Shown piece by piece: positions 28,708-32,000 of a stretch of 32,000 nt of DNA (its first letter is position 1; each line of letters opens with the position of its first letter). Source of the stretch: Alkalilimnicola ehrlichii MLHE-1 (GTDB taxonomy: Bacteria > Pseudomonadota > Gammaproteobacteria > Nitrococcales > Halorhodospiraceae); NCBI RefSeq assembly GCF_000014785.1, contig NC_008340.1, positions 180,001 to 212,000 of the forward strand, given 5' to 3'. The position numbers and the translations under genes are program-made. A model generated the notes under the pieces. That model had not been told where the DNA came from, made no database searches, and saw only the letters and a program-made list of their open reading frames with translations.

Positions 28708-29568
28708 ATGCGTGACATCTGCTATCTGAACGGCGAGTTCCTGCCCCTGGAGCGCGCCTGTATCTCGCCCATGGACCGGGGCTTCCTGTTCGGCGATGGC
28801 GCCTACGAGGTGGTCCCAGTCTACGGTGGCCGCCCCTTCCGGCTGCCGGCACACCTGCGCCGGTTGGACCAGACCCTGGCCGGTATCCGCCTGCCCAATC
28901 CCCATACCCATGAGCACTGGACCCGCCTGATCCACGAGCTGCTGGCGGCCGGCCGGTGGCGGGATGCGGGGGTCTACCTGCAGATCACCCGCGGGGTGCC
29001 CGAGCAGCGCGACCACGCCTTCCCGGAAGGGACCCGGCCCACTGTCTTCATGACGGCCTCGCCCCTGCCGACCCCGATGCCGCCGGACAGCGAGCAGGGC
29101 AAGTCCGCCGTCCGGCTCCAGGACAACCGCTGGGGGCGCTGCGATCTAAAGACCGTCGCCCTGCTGCCCAACGTGCTGCTGCGCCAGCAGGCGGTGGAGG
29201 CGGGCGCGGACGAGGCGCTGCTGCTGCGCGACGGCCAGCTCACCGAGGGGGCGGCCAGCAATGCCTTCGTGGTGTGCGAAAATAGAGTGAAGACGCCGCT
29301 GCAGGGGCCGGGCCTGCTGCCCGGGGTCACCCGCGACTTTGTCGTGGAGCTATTACGCGACCACGGCGTGGCCTGCGAGTGCACCACCATCAGCGCCGAG
29401 GAGCTGGCACGGGCCGATGAGATCTGGCTGACCAGCTCCACCAAGGAGCTGCTCCCGGTCACCCGGTTGGACGGCGAGCCGGTGGGCGACGGTCGCCCCG
29501 GACCGATGTGGCGGCGGACCCGAGCCTGGTTCGACGAGCACAAGGCGGCCTGGGCCGCCGGAGGCTGA
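28708..29568 (+). CDS. dat: Class-IV (fold type IV) aminotransferase, most likely D-amino-acid transaminase
   Basis: ATG 28708 has GGAG 5 nt upstream. FLFGDGAYEVVPVY, CDLKTVALLPNVL (catalytic Lys) and EGAASNAFVV. PabC or IlvE-like alternatives are not excluded. Confidence 0.7.
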   Translation: MRDICYLNGEFLPLERACISPMDRGFLFGDGAYEVVPVYGGRPFRLPAHLRRLDQTLAGIRLPNPHTHEHWTRLIHELLAAGRWRDAGVYLQITRGVPEQRDHAFPEGTRPTVFMTASPLPTPMPPDSEQGKSAVRLQDNRWGRCDLKTVALLPNVLLRQQAVEAGADEALLLRDGQLTEGAASNAFVVCENRVKTPLQGPGLLPGVTRDFVVELLRDHGVACECTTISAEELARADEIWLTSSTKELLPVTRLDGEPVGDGRPGPMWRRTRAWFDEHKAAWAAGG

Positions 29569-29569
29569 G

Positions 29570-29848
29570 ATGGTTCAGCAGTTCGACGAGGACAACACCC
29601 CCCTTGAGTTCCCCTGCCGCTTCCCGATCAAGGCCATGGGTCGTGCGGAGGCGGACATCGAGGCCCTGGTCCGGGCGGTGCTCACCGAGCACCTGGACCG
29701 CCCGGAGCAGGTGGAGTTGCGCGTCAGCGAGAGCCGCAACGGCCGTTTCGTCTCGGTCACCGCCACCATCACCGCCCACAGCCGGCCGCAACTGGATGCC
29801 ATCTACCGCGCCTTGCATGCGGAAGAGGCCATCCTGATGACCCTCTAG
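29570..29848 (+). CDS. ybeD: YbeD/DUF493 family protein
   Basis: 92 aa, FPCRFPIKAMGRA motif. It sits at the conserved position upstream of lipB. Confidence 0.85.
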   Translation: MVQQFDEDNTPLEFPCRFPIKAMGRAEADIEALVRAVLTEHLDRPEQVELRVSESRNGRFVSVTATITAHSRPQLDAIYRALHAEEAILMTL

Positions 29849-29920
29849 GGAACCATGAACGAAAGCTTCGTTGTCATTGCGAACGCGCTTCCCACCGGCA
29901 CTGCCAACGCGGCCCCGCCT

Positions 29921-30117
29921 CACCGTCACCGCTGGGGCGGGCCCGTCACCACCGCCACCGACGCCGCCACTCCCACGGCGACTGGCGGCGCTACTCCCAC
30001 CGTGACTGGCGCCACCCCCAGCGCGACTGCGAGGAGCGAACCCGTCCCCACCGTTACGGCGAGCGGCGGCGTCACCCCCCACCGTCACGGCGAGGACCGG
30101 ACCCGCCCCCACCCCCA
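29921..30117 (+). repeat. Degenerate tandem array of head modules (about 21-31-bp periods)
   Basis: caccgtcaccgc..., cgtcaccaccgcc..., then clean 31-bp copies at 30049-30079 and 30080-30110, leading into unit U. Confidence 0.8.
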
Positions 30118-30197
30118 CTGTCACTGCGAGGAGGCGAAGCCGACGTGGCAGTCTACCGCTCTGGATCGCCGCGGGCCTTCGGCCCTCGCGATGACGG
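30118..30197 (+). repeat. Repeat unit U, copy D1
   Basis: ctgtcactgcgaggaggcgaagccgacgtggcagtctaccgctctggatcgccgcgggccttcggccctcgcgatgacgg. Confidence 0.9.
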
Positions 30198-30291
30198 GTG
30201 GGGGATGTCTTCGGCCGTCGCGATGAGGGGCCGCCTTTGCCATGACGGTTTATTTTGCGCCTCGTTAAAGGTAGCTGTATAAGGAGTGCCT

Positions 30292-30939
30292 ATGCCCCCG
30301 TCCCCGTTGACCGATATCCAGGTCCGCTACCTGGGCCGGCGCGACTACCGCGAGACCTGGTCCGCGATGCGCCGTTACACCGACGAGCGCGGCCCGGACA
30401 CGCCGGACCAGCTCTGGGTGGTCTCCCACCCGCCGGTCTACACCCTGGGGCAGGCGGGACGGCGCGAACATATCCTCGACCCCGGTGAGATCCCGGTGGT
30501 GGAGACCGACCGGGGCGGCCAGGTCACCTACCACGGCCCGGGCCAGATCGTGCTCTACCCCCTGCTGGACCTGCGCCGCTGGGGCCTGGGCGTGCGCAGC
30601 CTGGTCAGCGCCCTGGAGCACACCGTGATCAGCCTGCTGGCGGGCTACGGGATTGCCTCCGAGGCGCGCGACGACGCCCCCGGCGTCTACGTGGAGGGTC
30701 GCAAGGTGGCGTCTGTGGGCCTGCGCGTGCGCCGCGGCTGCAGCTACCACGGCCTGGCCGTAAACGTGGATGTCGACCTGGAACCCTTCCTTCGCATCAA
30801 TCCCTGTGGCTACCCCGGGCTCGAGGTCACCCGCCTGCTGGACCTGGGCGTGCCCACGCCCTACGAGCGCCTGGAGGCCGATCTGGCGCTGCACTGTCTG
30901 GAGGCGATCGTCGAGTACGGGAACGGCGGCGCGGCCTAA
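30292..30939 (+). CDS. lipB: Octanoyltransferase (lipoyl(octanoyl) transferase)
   Basis: ATG 30292 has aaggag 5 nt upstream; the track's GTG at 30286 lies inside the SD. Motifs [20 protein letters not shown] and KVASVGLRV. Confidence 0.92.
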   Translation: MPPSPLTDIQVRYLGRRDYRETWSAMRRYTDERGPDTPDQLWVVSHPPVYTLGQAGRREHILDPGEIPVVETDRGGQVTYHGPGQIVLYPLLDLRRWGLGVRSLVSALEHTVISLLAGYGIASEARDDAPGVYVEGRKVASVGLRVRRGCSYHGLAVNVDVDLEPFLRINPCGYPGLEVTRLLDLGVPTPYERLEADLALHCLEAIVEYGNGGAA

Positions 30940-31122
30940 CCAGGCGACCTTTATGCACCGGTTTGGTGCCCTTTCCCGCCAACGCCCCCGTCTAGTGCGC
31001 ACCACGGCGCCTTTGTCCTGCGCAACGCCCTGAAACAGCGGGTGCTCTTCCCTGGCATGCAACTTGGATAGACGGAGTGGGTATAACGCCCTTCCGTGGA
31101 CCACTGACATGCCGAGGTGACC

Positions 31123-31725
31123 ATGAGCCGTACTTCCCTGCCCATCCTGCTGTTCGCGCTGGCGGCCCTGCTGGCCGCGCCGCTGGCGCTGGCGCATCCG
31201 CATCCCCATCCTCATGTACACGGGGGCTTCGGCCAGGGACTCCTGCACCCGCTGTTGGGGCTGGATCACCTGCTGGCAATGCTGGGCCTGGGGCTCTGGG
31301 CCGGCCAGCAAGGCGACCGGCGCAGCGCCCTGCTGTTGCCGGGCGCTTTCCTGCTCGCCATGCTCGTGGGCTTCGGGGTGGGGCTGGCCTCCGCACCGAT
31401 GGTGGCGGTGGAGTTCGGCATTCTCGGTTCCCTGCTGGTGGTAGGCGGGCTGGTGGCCTGGGGCGGTCGCTTGCCCCTGGCCACCGGTATGGCCCTGGCC
31501 GCAGCCTTTGCCCTGTTTCACGGCCATGCCCACGGCGCCGAGATGGCCGCTGGCCTCTCCGGCCTGAGCTTCGGCGCGGGCTTCCTGCTGGCCAGTGCCG
31601 TCCTGCTCGCGGCGGGCGTGGGCCTGGAGCGCCTGGCCCGCCGGCAATTGCCGGCCCTGCCGCTGGCGCGGGGCGCCGGCGTGGGTATCGTGCTGGCCGG
31701 TCTCGTCCTCGTCGCACTGTTCTGA
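31123..31725 (+). CDS. ureJ: HupE/UreJ-family nickel (metal) transporter
   Basis: Signal peptide ...APLALA followed by HPHPHPHVHGGFGQGLLHPLLGLDHLLAMLGLGLWA. Multi-TM, with a second HGHAHG motif. It lies directly upstream of ureD. Confidence 0.85.
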   Translation: MSRTSLPILLFALAALLAAPLALAHPHPHPHVHGGFGQGLLHPLLGLDHLLAMLGLGLWAGQQGDRRSALLLPGAFLLAMLVGFGVGLASAPMVAVEFGILGSLLVVGGLVAWGGRLPLATGMALAAAFALFHGHAHGAEMAAGLSGLSFGAGFLLASAVLLAAGVGLERLARRQLPALPLARGAGVGIVLAGLVLVALF

Positions 31726-31735
31726 GCGCGGCGAG

Positions 31736-32000
31736 ATGGCTGTCGCCCAACAAGCCTGGTCACCGGGGGCCGACCCGGCCCCCTCAGCAGCACCCGTGAG
31801 CCCGGGGTGGCGGGGGGCATTGCGGCTGGACTTCGCCCGGCGGGGTGAACGCACCGCCCTGGTGCGACGACGCCACCAAGGGCCGCTGGTGGTCCAGCGC
31901 ACCTTCCACCCGGAGGGCGCGCCCTGCCACGCCTACCTGCTTCACCCCCCTGGGGGGTTGGTGGGTGGCGATGAACTGGACCTCTCCGTGGAGGTGGGCG
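31736..32000 (+). CDS. ureD: Urease accessory protein UreD (N-terminal part; runs off the window)
   Basis: Not in the ORF track because it has no stop in the window. My own translation from ATG 31736 is MAVAQQAWSPG...GALRLDFARRGERTALVRRRHQGPLVVQRTFHPEGAPCHAYLLHPPGGLVGGDELDLSVEVG, a UreD/UreH-type N-terminus. Confidence 0.8.
   Translation, partial: MAVAQQAWSPGADPAPSAAPVSPGWRGALRLDFARRGERTALVRRRHQGPLVVQRTFHPEGAPCHAYLLHPPGGLVGGDELDLSVEVG

Noticed and set aside
30265-31902. 545-aa minus-strand ORF spanning lipB, the intergenic region, ureJ and ureD
   Set aside because: It crosses three independently supported plus-strand genes and an intergenic spacer, and has no recognisable domain. It is an artefact.

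Overview
This is a GC-rich (about two-thirds G+C by eye) proteobacterial chromosomal segment. Its synteny looks gammaproteobacterial; an Ectothiorhodospiraceae-like organism is my unverified guess.

**Left half (1-15.5 kb), accessory-like.**
- It opens with the 3' end of an MMPL/RND-type exporter.
- Next comes an acidic secreted PEP-CTERM protein gene, preceded by a good sigma-54 promoter and two phased 18-bp upstream repeats.
- A tightly packed minus-strand operon follows: polysaccharide export lipoprotein, polyprenyl-phosphate sugar transferase, prsK, prsR and prsT. These are the regulatory and export part of a PEP-CTERM/exosortase EPS system. No exosortase gene is visible in the window.
- After that come a PilZ-domain protein, a DUF218/YdcF protein, galE and a PAS-PAS-GGDEF diguanylate cyclase.

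**Right half, housekeeping.**
- Minus strand: hslO and gatB-gatA-gatC.
- Plus strand: a long cell-wall cluster mreB-mreC-mreD-mrdA-rodA-mltB-rlpA-dacA-dat-ybeD-lipB.
- Then hupE/ureJ and the start of ureD, which runs off the right edge.

**Signal not explained by genes.** Four intergenic gaps (about 1.78-2.13, 10.78-11.20, 15.19-15.50 and 29.87-30.23 kb) are filled with a mosaic repeat family. It is built around a roughly 80-bp unit with inverted-repeat ends and internal hairpins. There are six near-identical copies, flanked by 30/31-bp tandem arrays of its head and tail modules.

**Novelty.** I see no convincing evidence for a wholly new protein-encoding system. The candidates most worth follow-up are the sigma-54/upstream-repeat architecture, the repeat family, and the c-di-GMP genes (PilZ, GGDEF) next to the EPS operon. 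Many long ORFs in the track are antisense or out-of-frame artefacts of high GC content.
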